A stretch of DNA of 64,000 nucleotides, taken from contig CAZODO010000019.1 of assembly GCA_964578605.1 (NCBI GenBank), positions 1,908 to 65,907 on the forward strand, written 5' to 3'. Below, piece after piece: positions 17,949-26,849 of this stretch. Under the pieces are notes generated by a model. The model saw nothing but the letters and a program-made list of their open reading frames with translations, was not told the DNA's origin and did not search any database. Numbering within the stretch: position 1 is the stretch's first letter; each line of letters opens with the position of its first letter. Origin of the DNA: an uncultured Verrucomicrobiota bacterium (GTDB lineage Bacteria > Verrucomicrobiota > Verrucomicrobiia > Limisphaerales > SIBE01). The position numbers and the translations under genes were made by a program.

Positions 17949-18734
17949 ATGAACACTCCAAATCCACTCGTCCCGCAGGGGGCGCTTGAGAGGCAGGCCA
18001 AGGGCAGGTCTACTGTCCATATCGCGATCCTAACGATTGTATCCATTCACGCCGTTTTCTTTGCCGGCCTCCTTATGCAAGGATGCCGCCGCGACGAGAA
18101 CAAGACCGCCGCCCTGCAACCCGCAGAGGCGATCACCAACGAGAACACTCTCCCTCCACTCGAGAGTGATTATTACCCGCCCACCCAGGAGTCCGATCCA
18201 CCATCGAGTCCGGTGCCTCAACCGACGCCTTTCGTCCAGCAACAGCCTGCGGAATCCATCCCGGCGGGGCTTCCTCAAGCCGTTCGCGAGCCGCCTGCGG
18301 AGGGCAAATCCTACACCATCGCAAAGGGCGACACTTTCACTGCCATTGCCAAAGCGAACGGCGTCAAACTGAATGCTCTGAAAAAGGCCAACCCGACGAT
18401 CAACCCTTCCCGGCTTCGGCCAGGCACGACCATTCAGATTCCCGCCGCGACCTCCGCCAAGGGTTCGGAAGTGGCTTCGGCCGCCTCGACCAAGCCGATG
18501 GCCGCGGTTGCCAGCGGAAAGACCTACCGCGTCAAGCGAGGGGAGAACCTGGCCCGCATCGCCCGGAGGCACGGCGTCACCGTCTCGGCTATTCGCACGG
18601 CCAACAACCTTTCATCGGACGTGATTCGGGCCGGGCAGAAGCTCAAGATCCCGGACCGTTCCACGGGGGGGACCGAGTCGAATTACACCGCGGCTACCAC
18701 ACCGCAGGCATCGTCGGCGGCCTACGGGCACTGA
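17949..18734 (+). CDS. Membrane-anchored protein with two C-terminal LysM domains
   Basis: N-terminal TM helix (VHIAILTIVSIHAVFFAGLLMQG), a Pro-rich linker, then LysM 1 (YTIAKGDTFTAIAKANGVKLNALKKANPTINPSRLRPGTTIQIP) and LysM 2 (YRVKRGENLARIARRHGVTVSAIRTANNLSSDVIRAGQKLKIP). Confidence 0.8.
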   Translation: MNTPNPLVPQGALERQAKGRSTVHIAILTIVSIHAVFFAGLLMQGCRRDENKTAALQPAEAITNENTLPPLESDYYPPTQESDPPSSPVPQPTPFVQQQPAESIPAGLPQAVREPPAEGKSYTIAKGDTFTAIAKANGVKLNALKKANPTINPSRLRPGTTIQIPAATSAKGSEVASAASTKPMAAVASGKTYRVKRGENLARIARRHGVTVSAIRTANNLSSDVIRAGQKLKIPDRSTGGTESNYTAATTPQASSAAYGH

Positions 18735-18880
18735 CACTGGAATTCGTTTTCCAGACTCGAGGCTTCACGTGCAAGAGATTTTTGTGAGTTTGGCGCGCAG
18801 ACAAAGAGGAACCGAACGCAATGGGTTTGGTGGGGCGGTTCGACTGCCCCACCGCCCGTTGCGCCCATGGACAGTCGCGG

Positions 18881-18903
18881 AGACCGTTCCGGGTCGGTCT
18901 TTT
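18881..18903 (+). terminator. Hairpin plus T-tract between the LysM gene and ftsW (possible attenuator or partial terminator)
   Basis: AGACCG (18881-86), loop ttccgggt, CGGTCT (18895-900), followed by TTT. It lies 27 nt upstream of the ftsW ATG. The stem is short, so strength is doubtful. Confidence 0.3.
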
Positions 18904-18929
18904 GCTGGCGCCGATTTCGAAAGGAGAGC

Positions 18930-20051
18930 ATGAAAGCGGCCACCACTCTTTTGGTCTTCTGCGTGGGAGCGCTATTGTCACTGGGAGTCGTGATGCTTTA
19001 CAGCGCCGGGCTTCTCAAGGGAGGTGCCTATTACGCGCAGATGCAGTTGATCTGGGCGGCTGCCGGGGTGATCTTGGCGATTGCGGTGGCAGGTGTCGAC
19101 TACCGGTGGTTCAAGAAAGGCGCTTGGTTCCTGCTGGCCGTGGCGATTGTCCTGCTGGTGTTGGTCCTGTTTGAGCCCAAGGTTAAAGGCGCCCGCCGCT
19201 GGTTCGATTTCGATTTCGTCAAGTTCCAGCCGTCAGAGTTGGCGAAGCTGGCTTTGATTATCGCCTTAGCCCGCTACGGAGACCGTTATCGGCGCTACAT
19301 GCCGGAATTTGGCAAGGGCCTCGTGATACCGGGGTTGATGATCGCAGCTGTTCTCGGCCTGATCTTCATCGAACCCGACCGTGGGGCAACGGTGCTTTTG
19401 GGGACCGTCGCCGTGATTATGCTTTTGCTCGCAGGCACAAAGTTGCGTTTCATCATCGCCCCGTTGCTTCTCGGGGTGGGCTGCATGGCTTTTTCGATCT
19501 GGAACGATCCGGTTCGGTGGAGGCGCATTGAGACTTGGATGAATTTGAGCAGCAACAAGGATGACGCGGGATTCCAGGTGTGGCGTTCGATTGTTGGCAT
19601 TGGCAGCGGTGGCATTGATGGAGTCGGTCTAGGGAACGGCCGGGAGAAGGCCTACGTTCCCGACCATCATACCGATTTCATTTTTTCGATTGTCGGAGAG
19701 GAACTTGGCCTGATCGCCACCCTCGCGACCATTGTGGCCTTCGTGGTGCTTGTCTGGTGTGGACTCACCATTTCCCGTCGTGCACGGGACACGTTCGGGT
19801 TTTTGTTGGGCAGCGGGATCACCTTCTTGATCGGTCTGCAGGCTTTGATCAACATCGGCGTGGTGACGGGGGCGTTCCCCGCCAAGGGTTTGCCCCTGCC
19901 GTTTATCAGCTATGGCGGCTCGAACTTGCTGTTGATGCTTGGATCCATCGGCCTTCTCCTGAGCATTGCCCGCTACGCCCGGGATACCCCGGAGGAGCTT
20001 CCTGAAACCAATCGCCTCCCTGAACTCGCCGCGGTCCAACTCAGTTCATGA
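18930..20051 (+). CDS. ftsW: Peptidoglycan glycosyltransferase FtsW (SEDS family)
   Basis: Polytopic SEDS protein (..FQPSELAKLALII.., ..LPLPFISYGGSNLL..). ATG 18930 is preceded by AAGGAGAG; the track start 18867 is less likely. Confidence 0.88.
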   Translation: MKAATTLLVFCVGALLSLGVVMLYSAGLLKGGAYYAQMQLIWAAAGVILAIAVAGVDYRWFKKGAWFLLAVAIVLLVLVLFEPKVKGARRWFDFDFVKFQPSELAKLALIIALARYGDRYRRYMPEFGKGLVIPGLMIAAVLGLIFIEPDRGATVLLGTVAVIMLLLAGTKLRFIIAPLLLGVGCMAFSIWNDPVRWRRIETWMNLSSNKDDAGFQVWRSIVGIGSGGIDGVGLGNGREKAYVPDHHTDFIFSIVGEELGLIATLATIVAFVVLVWCGLTISRRARDTFGFLLGSGITFLIGLQALINIGVVTGAFPAKGLPLPFISYGGSNLLLMLGSIGLLLSIARYARDTPEELPETNRLPELAAVQLSS

Positions 20052-21268
20052 CGAAACCCTCCTCTACCCCTCTCATTGCGATTGCGTGCGGTGGCACAGG
20101 GGGTCACCTTTTCCCAGGGTTGGCCGCAGCCGAAGCGCTCCAGGGTTGGGGTTGCGACATCGCGTTGCTTGTTTCCAAGAAGGAAGTGGACCAGGAGGCG
20201 GTGAAATCCGCCGTCGACATGCAGGTCCTTCCTCTGCCCGCCGTGGCGCTGCAAAATCGCAAGCTGGGGACCTTTCTCAAAGGCTGCTGGCAATCGTATG
20301 GGATCTGCACGAAAGCGTTCCGGGACCGCCCCCCTCGCGCGGTCCTGGCGATGGGCGGGTTTACAAGTGCTCCCCCGATCGTGGCGGGCAAGCGAACCGG
20401 GGCGGCAACCTTTCTGCACGAATCCAATGCCGTTCCAGGCCGGGCCAACCGCTGGCTTTCGCCTTGGGTGGACGGAGTCTTTGCCGGGTTCGAGAGCGCG
20501 GGTAACCGCTTGTATCACCAGTCGATTCGGGTGGTTGGCACGCCCGTGCGCTCGCAATTCAAGCCTTCCGATCCCAAGCCTTCCCGGATGGCCGTCGGTC
20601 TTCAACCGGACCGGCCGGTCCTCCTGGTGATGGGCGGTAGCCAGGGCGCCAGCGGGATCAACCACCTGATGATCGGCGCCATCCCGGTCCTGGCCGCCAA
20701 GGCGCCCGATCTCCAATTCCTGCACCTGACCGGCTCCGAGGAGCGGCAAAAGCTCCAGGCCACCTATGCGGCTTACCATCGGCGTGCCGTGATCCGCCCG
20801 TTTCTCACCGAGATGGAGCTGGCTCTGGGTGCGGCGACCGTGGTTGTGAATCGTGCTGGCGCCTCTTCCCTGGCGGAGTTGGCGGCAATGCAGGTTCCCG
20901 CAGTGCTCATTCCTTACCCGCACGCCACTGACAATCACCAGTTCCACAACGCACGGGCGTATGTGGACAGCGGCGCCGCGCAAATGCTCGAGCAGTATGT
21001 GACGACCCCGGAGATGCTGGCCGACACGATTCTGCAACTGCTCGTGGACGGCACCGTCCGTGCCAAGATGTGCGCGGCTCAGAAGCGGTGGCACCATCCC
21101 AGTGCGGCCGAAGATATCGCGAGCCATATCTGCCGTGAAATCGGTGTCTGCAAGCCGGCGTCCGTCGCCCCGGGCTCCTTCCAGCGCGCTTCGGTGGAAG
21201 GGCTTCGCAAGCCGTTCGGCGAAGGGAAATTCAAGCTTTCAACCCCCGGGATTCAGCTCGAGCGATGA
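20048..21268 (+). CDS. murG: UDP-N-acetylglucosamine--N-acetylmuramyl-(pentapeptide) pyrophosphoryl-undecaprenol GlcNAc transferase
   Basis: IAIACGGTGGHLFPGLAAAEAL glycine-rich loop and ..VMGGSQGASGIN.. motif. ATGA overlap with ftsW. It has a ~50-aa C-terminal tail beyond the usual MurG length. Confidence 0.9.
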   Translation: MTKPSSTPLIAIACGGTGGHLFPGLAAAEALQGWGCDIALLVSKKEVDQEAVKSAVDMQVLPLPAVALQNRKLGTFLKGCWQSYGICTKAFRDRPPRAVLAMGGFTSAPPIVAGKRTGAATFLHESNAVPGRANRWLSPWVDGVFAGFESAGNRLYHQSIRVVGTPVRSQFKPSDPKPSRMAVGLQPDRPVLLVMGGSQGASGINHLMIGAIPVLAAKAPDLQFLHLTGSEERQKLQATYAAYHRRAVIRPFLTEMELALGAATVVVNRAGASSLAELAAMQVPAVLIPYPHATDNHQFHNARAYVDSGAAQMLEQYVTTPEMLADTILQLLVDGTVRAKMCAAQKRWHHPSAAEDIASHICREIGVCKPASVAPGSFQRASVEGLRKPFGEGKFKLSTPGIQLER

Positions 21269-23700
21269 ACGCACTCAACCCGGATCAAGTCGATAGCCTC
21301 CTGCGCACCGCGGGTCCAGGTGCCAAGGTGCACCTTGTCGGTGCGGGAGGTTGCGGCATGAGTGGCCTCGGGCATCTGTTGCTCGACCTCGGCTGCGAAG
21401 TCACCGGCTCCGATCTGCTGGTCAACGAAGAGGTGCGCCAACTGCAAGCGCGTGGCGCGCGTATTTCTCCCCGGCACGCAGCCGGCCACCTCGAACCCGG
21501 GACTGTGCTGGTGGTTTATACGTCCGCGGTCCATGATGACAACCCGGAGCTTCAAGCTGCCCGGGCGCTGGGCATTCCTTCGGTTTGCAGGGCCTTTCTG
21601 CTGGCGGCTCTGTTGCATCGGCAGCGCGGAATCTGCGTGGCGGGCATGCATGGAAAGACGACCACAAGCGCCTGGCTAGCCTTCGCCTTGCAGGAACTGG
21701 AGGCGCGCCCCAGCTACGCCATCGGAGCGCTTGTCCCTCAATTGGTGCCGCACGCCCGCATGTCTTTGGACGAGGCTCACTGTCAGCGCGCGCCTCGCCA
21801 TCCGTGCTTCGTGATCGAAGCGGACGAGAGCGACGGCACACTCGGGCAATTCCGGCCCGAGCACGCGATCGTTCTGAATGTCGATGCCGACCACCTGGAT
21901 CATTTTGCCGGCCTCGACGCTATCCTTGAGGAGTTTCGTTTCTTTGGCGACCAGACCACCGGTTCGCTGATTTTTTGCGCAGACGATCCCCGGCTCGCGG
22001 AGCTGTATGCGCGCAATCCGCGCGCTATCTCCTACGGGCGCCATCCGCTGGCGGTTTACCGGGTGGAAATGAGCGTTCCGGAGACTTCCTGTGAGCCGGG
22101 GGCGTCCCCTCGATTGTGCTTTGAGGTTTGGCACAAGGGCGAACGCCTGGGCGTATTTCAGACCGCGCTATTGGGTGAACAGAACGTTTCGAACGCCACG
22201 GCGGTGATTGCCTTGCTCCATCAGCTTGGGTACCAGCCAAGTGCGATCGCATCGGTGGTCGCCCGGTTTCGCGGGGCGGCGCGCCGGCAGCAAGAGCTTT
22301 TCCGGGATGCCCGGTGCCGCTTGTTCGAAGATTACGGGCATCACCCCAACGAGATTCGAGCGACGTTGCGCGCCCTCAAATCCAGCGGGGCCAAGCGGCT
22401 TCTGGTCGCTTTTCAACCGCACCGGTTCACGCGTACCCAGCACCTTTGGAAGGAATTCGCGACCTGTTTTGCGGACGCGGATCGGCTCTGGCTGGCGGAA
22501 ATTTATCCCGCGAGCGAAGCCGAAATTCCGGGCATCAACAGCGGCTTCCTGGCCGCCGCAATCCGCGCGGCGGGACATCCCGTGGAGGGCGTTTTTGATT
22601 TCGCCCATCTGGAGGAGGCCCTTCGGGCGGCGATCGAGCCGGGCGATGTGATTCTCTTCCTTGGGGCCGGTGACATTACCCGCGCGGCCCATTCGATGGC
22701 CGACCGCCTGAAATCCTCTCTGCCCGCTGCGGCGGAACCGGAGCCCCTTCTGCCCGGAATGACCTGGACCTGCAACGAGAGCCCCGCCATGAACTCGGAA
22801 CTTCATGCCCAACTTGCTCAACGTTTGTGCCCGGAGACGGTCCTTCGCCGCGACGAGCCCTTGGCCAGGCGAACCACCCTCCGGGTCGGCGGCACGGCCG
22901 ATCTCTATGTGGAACCGGCTTCCGAAGAGGATCTGGCCACGCTCCTGCGCTTTTGTTGCAGCGCGTCCGTGCCGGTGTTCGTTCTGGGTCGCGGTTCGAA
23001 TGTCTTGATTCGTGACGGCGGCATCCGGGGCGTCGTGCTTAGCCTGGCGCATCGTCATTTCAGCGGAATCCGTGTTTCGGGGGAAACGCTGTCTTGCGGG
23101 GCAGGCGCGCGTCTCAAGGCGGTCGTTGCGGAGGCGCGGCGCCATGGGGTGGGCGGACTGGAGTTTCTCGAGGGCATCCCCGGAACCGTCGGAGGCGCCA
23201 TGCGGATGAACGCCGGCGCCATGGGTTCCTGGTTGTTCGATGTCATTCAGACGATTTCTTTTATGGACGAGGGCGGCGTGATTCAGGAACGGGCGGCCAG
23301 CGAAGTGAATGTCGAGTATCGCGGCTGTCCGTTGCTTAGAGATCACATTGCTTTGCGGGCGGTTTTGAAGGGCCAGGCTGCTTCCCAGGAGTCCATTCGC
23401 GCGCGACTGGAATCGTTCAGCCGGATTCGTTGGGACTCTCAGCCGAGCCAGCCAAGTGCCGGCTGCATCTTTAAGAACCCCACGACCATTCCCGCGGGGA
23501 AGCTGATCGACGAGTTGGGACTCAAGGGCACCCGCGTGGGCGGCGCCTCCGTCTCCGACGTCCACGCCAATTTCATCGTCAATGACGGGACCGCCACCGC
23601 TCGTGACGTGCTCAGCTTGATCGACATCATCAAAGCGCGCGCCCAGTCCGCTCGCGGCATCGCGCTCGAAACCGAGGTTCAGATTCTGGGAGAAGGATGA
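21265..23700 (+). CDS. murC: Bifunctional UDP-N-acetylmuramate--L-alanine ligase / UDP-N-acetylenolpyruvoylglucosamine reductase (MurC-MurB fusion)
   Basis: A single 811-aa frame. Residues 1 to ~495 are MurC (VHLVGAGGCGMSGLGHLL, GMHGKTTTSAW). Residues ~509-811 are MurB (LRRDEPLARRTTLRVGGTADLYVEP, FAD-binding PCMH type). No stop codon separates them. An internal in-frame ATG lies at 22789. Confidence 0.9.
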   Translation: MNALNPDQVDSLLRTAGPGAKVHLVGAGGCGMSGLGHLLLDLGCEVTGSDLLVNEEVRQLQARGARISPRHAAGHLEPGTVLVVYTSAVHDDNPELQAARALGIPSVCRAFLLAALLHRQRGICVAGMHGKTTTSAWLAFALQELEARPSYAIGALVPQLVPHARMSLDEAHCQRAPRHPCFVIEADESDGTLGQFRPEHAIVLNVDADHLDHFAGLDAILEEFRFFGDQTTGSLIFCADDPRLAELYARNPRAISYGRHPLAVYRVEMSVPETSCEPGASPRLCFEVWHKGERLGVFQTALLGEQNVSNATAVIALLHQLGYQPSAIASVVARFRGAARRQQELFRDARCRLFEDYGHHPNEIRATLRALKSSGAKRLLVAFQPHRFTRTQHLWKEFATCFADADRLWLAEIYPASEAEIPGINSGFLAAAIRAAGHPVEGVFDFAHLEEALRAAIEPGDVILFLGAGDITRAAHSMADRLKSSLPAAAEPEPLLPGMTWTCNESPAMNSELHAQLAQRLCPETVLRRDEPLARRTTLRVGGTADLYVEPASEEDLATLLRFCCSASVPVFVLGRGSNVLIRDGGIRGVVLSLAHRHFSGIRVSGETLSCGAGARLKAVVAEARRHGVGGLEFLEGIPGTVGGAMRMNAGAMGSWLFDVIQTISFMDEGGVIQERAASEVNVEYRGCPLLRDHIALRAVLKGQAASQESIRARLESFSRIRWDSQPSQPSAGCIFKNPTTIPAGKLIDELGLKGTRVGGASVSDVHANFIVNDGTATARDVLSLIDIIKARAQSARGIALETEVQILGEG

Positions 23701-24611
23701 GCGCGCCTGTTCCCCTCACGATCAGTGTTCTCTTGGGCGGACCTTCCGCCGAGCGCGAAGTGTCGCTCAAGAGCGGGGTGGCCGTGGCCCGGGCTCTGCG
23801 CTCGCTGGGTCATCGCGTGCACGAGATCGATCCGCGTCCGGGCGCACTCGTCCTTCCGGAGAGAACGGATGTGGCTTTCCTGGCCTTGCACGGGACGTAC
23901 GGCGAAGACGGGACGGTGCAGCGCGAGCTTGAGGCGCTGCGAATCCCCTACACCGGTTGCGATGCCGAATCGAGCCGGATCGCTTTTGATAAAGTGCTCG
24001 CCAAGGAACGGTTTGTGGCCGCCGGCGTCCCCACCGCGCGCTTCGTGGTCGTCGCCGCACCTGACACGCCTTGGCCAGAGGGGTGGAACCCGCCGGTGGT
24101 CCTGAAACCCGCGCGCCAAGGCTCCAGTGTCGGCCTGGTCTTCCTTGATCGTGTTGGCGATTGGGCCCCGGGATTGGCCGAGGCATTCCGTCACGACTCT
24201 GAGGTGCTGGTGGAAGCGAGGATTGCCGGCCGCGAGACGACCGTCGCCATTCTGGACGGCAAGCCTCTTCCCGTGGTCGAGGTCCGGCCCAAGCAAGGCG
24301 CCTACGATTACCAGAACAAATACACGGCGGGGCGCACCGAATACTTCTGTCCGGCGCCTTTCGATGCCGTCATCACCCAGCGCATCCAGGCCGCCGCGTT
24401 GAACGCGTTCCAGGCCGTGGGCTGCCGCGATTACGCGCGGGTGGACGTGATGGTCGACGCCTCGGGCGCTCCCTGGGTCCTGGAGGTCAATACGCTGCCC
24501 GGCATGACGGAGACCAGTTTGCTTCCCAAAGCGGCCGCGGCAGCCGGCTTTTCGTATCCGGGTCTCTGCCAGGCCATGATCGATCTGGCGCTGCGCCGCA
24601 CCCCCCTCTGA
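23697..24611 (+). CDS. ddl: D-alanine--D-alanine ligase
   Basis: ATP-grasp fold: ..FLALHGTYGEDGTVQ.., ..VVLKPARQGSSVG.., ..EVNTLPGMTETS... ATGA overlap with murC/B. Confidence 0.9.
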   Translation: MSAPVPLTISVLLGGPSAEREVSLKSGVAVARALRSLGHRVHEIDPRPGALVLPERTDVAFLALHGTYGEDGTVQRELEALRIPYTGCDAESSRIAFDKVLAKERFVAAGVPTARFVVVAAPDTPWPEGWNPPVVLKPARQGSSVGLVFLDRVGDWAPGLAEAFRHDSEVLVEARIAGRETTVAILDGKPLPVVEVRPKQGAYDYQNKYTAGRTEYFCPAPFDAVITQRIQAAALNAFQAVGCRDYARVDVMVDASGAPWVLEVNTLPGMTETSLLPKAAAAAGFSYPGLCQAMIDLALRRTPL

Positions 24612-24613
24612 CG

Positions 24614-25603
24614 ATGCGAAAACCCGAACGACCAACCAGTCTCCTGGGATTCAAGCGAAGGCCGAAGAACCGGCGCTTCGAACGCGAGCACTTGCTCGAC
24701 GTCAAGATCGAATCCCGCCAGCGCCGAGCCTTGCGCTTTCGGTTGCTCGGCAAGCTGGTGACCGGCTGCTTGGGCATCGTGGCTTTCCTTGCCGCCGCTT
24801 GGTTTGGCACCCATTGGCTCCTGGACCGGGCCGTCTTCAAAAACCCGGCCTTCGCGGTCCAGGCGATCGATATCGAAACGAACGGTCTGCTCCCCAAGAC
24901 ACTCATTCGCACCTGCGCAGGCGTGCAGATTGGCGACAATCTGATGGCCCTCGATCTCAACCGCATTCAGCGGGATCTCGAGTTTCTGCCCTGGATCCGC
25001 AGCGCGGCCGTCGAGCGGGTCCGCCCGCACATGCTGAGAATCCGAGTGATCGAGCGCGAGCCCATTGCTCAAACGAGCCTCTTTGAGCCGGGCGGCCCGG
25101 ATGGCGGGATGCAGACGGTCGTCTTTTATTTCGATGCGGACGGCTACGTGATGCTGCCGCTGGAGGCTCATCGGCTGGAGGCTGCGGCCAGCGGCTTTGA
25201 TGGCCTGCCGGTGTTGACCGGGGTGGCGGGGGCGCAATTACTCCCGGGGCGGCCGGTGGAATCGCAGCAGATCCAGGCCGCCTTGCGCCTGGTGGTTGAG
25301 TTTGGACGGTCGCCGATGTTCGGGCTGGCCGATCTCAAGTCGGTGGACCTCTCCGTCCCCTGCCTCCTCCAGGCGGCCACGGGGCAGGGCGCGGCCATCA
25401 CGTTCGGCCTGAGCAAGCTTGACCTGCAGCTTCGCCGCTGGCGTTTGGTGCACGATTTTGCGTCCAGCACGGGCCGGCGCCTGGCCTCGCTGGATTTGTC
25501 CGTCTCGAACAATGTCCCGGCCCGGTGGCGGGAACTCTCTGGAGCTCCTCCACCCCAGCCCGCGCCGGCCAAACCCTCTCCCTACAGGAAAAAGCATGTT
25601 TAA
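24614..25603 (+). CDS. ftsQ: Cell division protein FtsQ (POTRA domain)
   Basis: N-terminal basic region, a TM helix (LVTGCLGIVAFLAAAWFG) and POTRA (FAVQAIDIETNGLLPKTLIRTCAGVQIGDNLMALDLNRIQRDL). It sits in the dcw position. Confidence 0.8.
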   Translation: MRKPERPTSLLGFKRRPKNRRFEREHLLDVKIESRQRRALRFRLLGKLVTGCLGIVAFLAAAWFGTHWLLDRAVFKNPAFAVQAIDIETNGLLPKTLIRTCAGVQIGDNLMALDLNRIQRDLEFLPWIRSAAVERVRPHMLRIRVIEREPIAQTSLFEPGGPDGGMQTVVFYFDADGYVMLPLEAHRLEAAASGFDGLPVLTGVAGAQLLPGRPVESQQIQAALRLVVEFGRSPMFGLADLKSVDLSVPCLLQAATGQGAAITFGLSKLDLQLRRWRLVHDFASSTGRRLASLDLSVSNNVPARWRELSGAPPPQPAPAKPSPYRKKHV

Positions 25604-26822
25604 CAGCTCCTCCATCATTGTCGGGCTCGATATTGGGACGTCGAAAGTCTGCGCCACCGTCGGCGAATTGAGCGAGGGCGGCGCCCTGAACATCATCGGC
25701 ATCGGGCAGGCCAAGTCCCGGGGCGTTCGCAAAGGCGAGATTATCGACTCCGCCACCACCGCGGAAGATGTCCGCAATGCCATTGTCGAAGCCGAGCAGA
25801 TGGCCGACGTCGAAATCCGCAGCGTCTACCTCGGCGTGACCGGCGGCCATGTCCGCGGGTTCAGCAATCGCGGGTTCCACCCCGTGGTCTCCAATGACCG
25901 GGAGATTATGGAGGAAGACGTGCGGGACGTGATCAAGAACGCCAAGACGATCAACCTTTCGGCGGAAAACCGCGTGGTCCATGTGATCCGCCAGCATTTT
26001 CTCGTCAATGGCCAGGAAGGGGTCCGCAACCCGGTCGGGATGGTGGGCAGCCGGATCGAGGTCGACGTCCATGTGGTGCATGGCAATCTCAACCGATTGC
26101 AGAACCCCATCCGTGCCGTCAAAGGCTTACAGATCGAGGTGGAGGATATCGTGTTTACCGGGCTGGCATCCGCCCTGGCGCTCCTCAACAGCCAGCAGAA
26201 GGAACTGGGCGCCCTCGTGATCGATCTCGGCGGCGGCACGACGGAATTCGTGGTCTACGCCGACGGGACGATCAAGCACACCGGCGTGCTCGCCGTGGGA
26301 GGTGACCACATTTCCAATGATCTCGCTTACGGCTTGAAGATCGCCCTCAGCCGGGCGGAGCGGCTCAAGATCGATCACGGCTCGGCTCTGGTGAAACCGG
26401 AGGCCAAAGGCCGCACCATCCCGCTCACCAACGACCATGGCTTGCCCGAACGGTCCATCAACCTGGAGCACCTTCACCGGATCATGTCGCTCCGGGTCGA
26501 GGAGATCTTCGAACTCATTGCCCAGGAACTCCAAGCCGCCGCGCTGCTCCATCGCATTCGCGCGGGTGTCTTTTTGTGTGGCGGCGGCGCCCACATCCCC
26601 GGCGTCCAGGAGCTCGCCCGCGACATCTTCGAGATGCCGACTTCCGTCGGAAAGACCAATTGCCTGAGCGGGCTGCGCTCCGCCCTCGAAGAGCCCGAGT
26701 TCGCCGCCAGCATTGGACTCGTCAAGTTCGGCTCGTTCGAGCAGCAGAAAAGGATGGCTGGCCGAGGCTCTTTCGCCAGCGGCATCAAACAGACCCTTCA
26801 CCAGTTTTTCCACCGGTCCTGA
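25596..26822 (+). CDS. ftsA: Cell division protein FtsA
   Basis: MFNSSSIIVGLDIGTSKVCATVGE and ..VIDLGGGTTEF.. actin-like ATPase motifs. ATG 25596 overlaps the ftsQ stop by 8 nt; the track start 25419 is rejected. Confidence 0.9.
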   Translation: MFNSSSIIVGLDIGTSKVCATVGELSEGGALNIIGIGQAKSRGVRKGEIIDSATTAEDVRNAIVEAEQMADVEIRSVYLGVTGGHVRGFSNRGFHPVVSNDREIMEEDVRDVIKNAKTINLSAENRVVHVIRQHFLVNGQEGVRNPVGMVGSRIEVDVHVVHGNLNRLQNPIRAVKGLQIEVEDIVFTGLASALALLNSQQKELGALVIDLGGGTTEFVVYADGTIKHTGVLAVGGDHISNDLAYGLKIALSRAERLKIDHGSALVKPEAKGRTIPLTNDHGLPERSINLEHLHRIMSLRVEEIFELIAQELQAAALLHRIRAGVFLCGGGAHIPGVQELARDIFEMPTSVGKTNCLSGLRSALEEPEFAASIGLVKFGSFEQQKRMAGRGSFASGIKQTLHQFFHRS

Positions 26823-26849
26823 GTTCCTCAACCCACTTCCGCCACCGCC

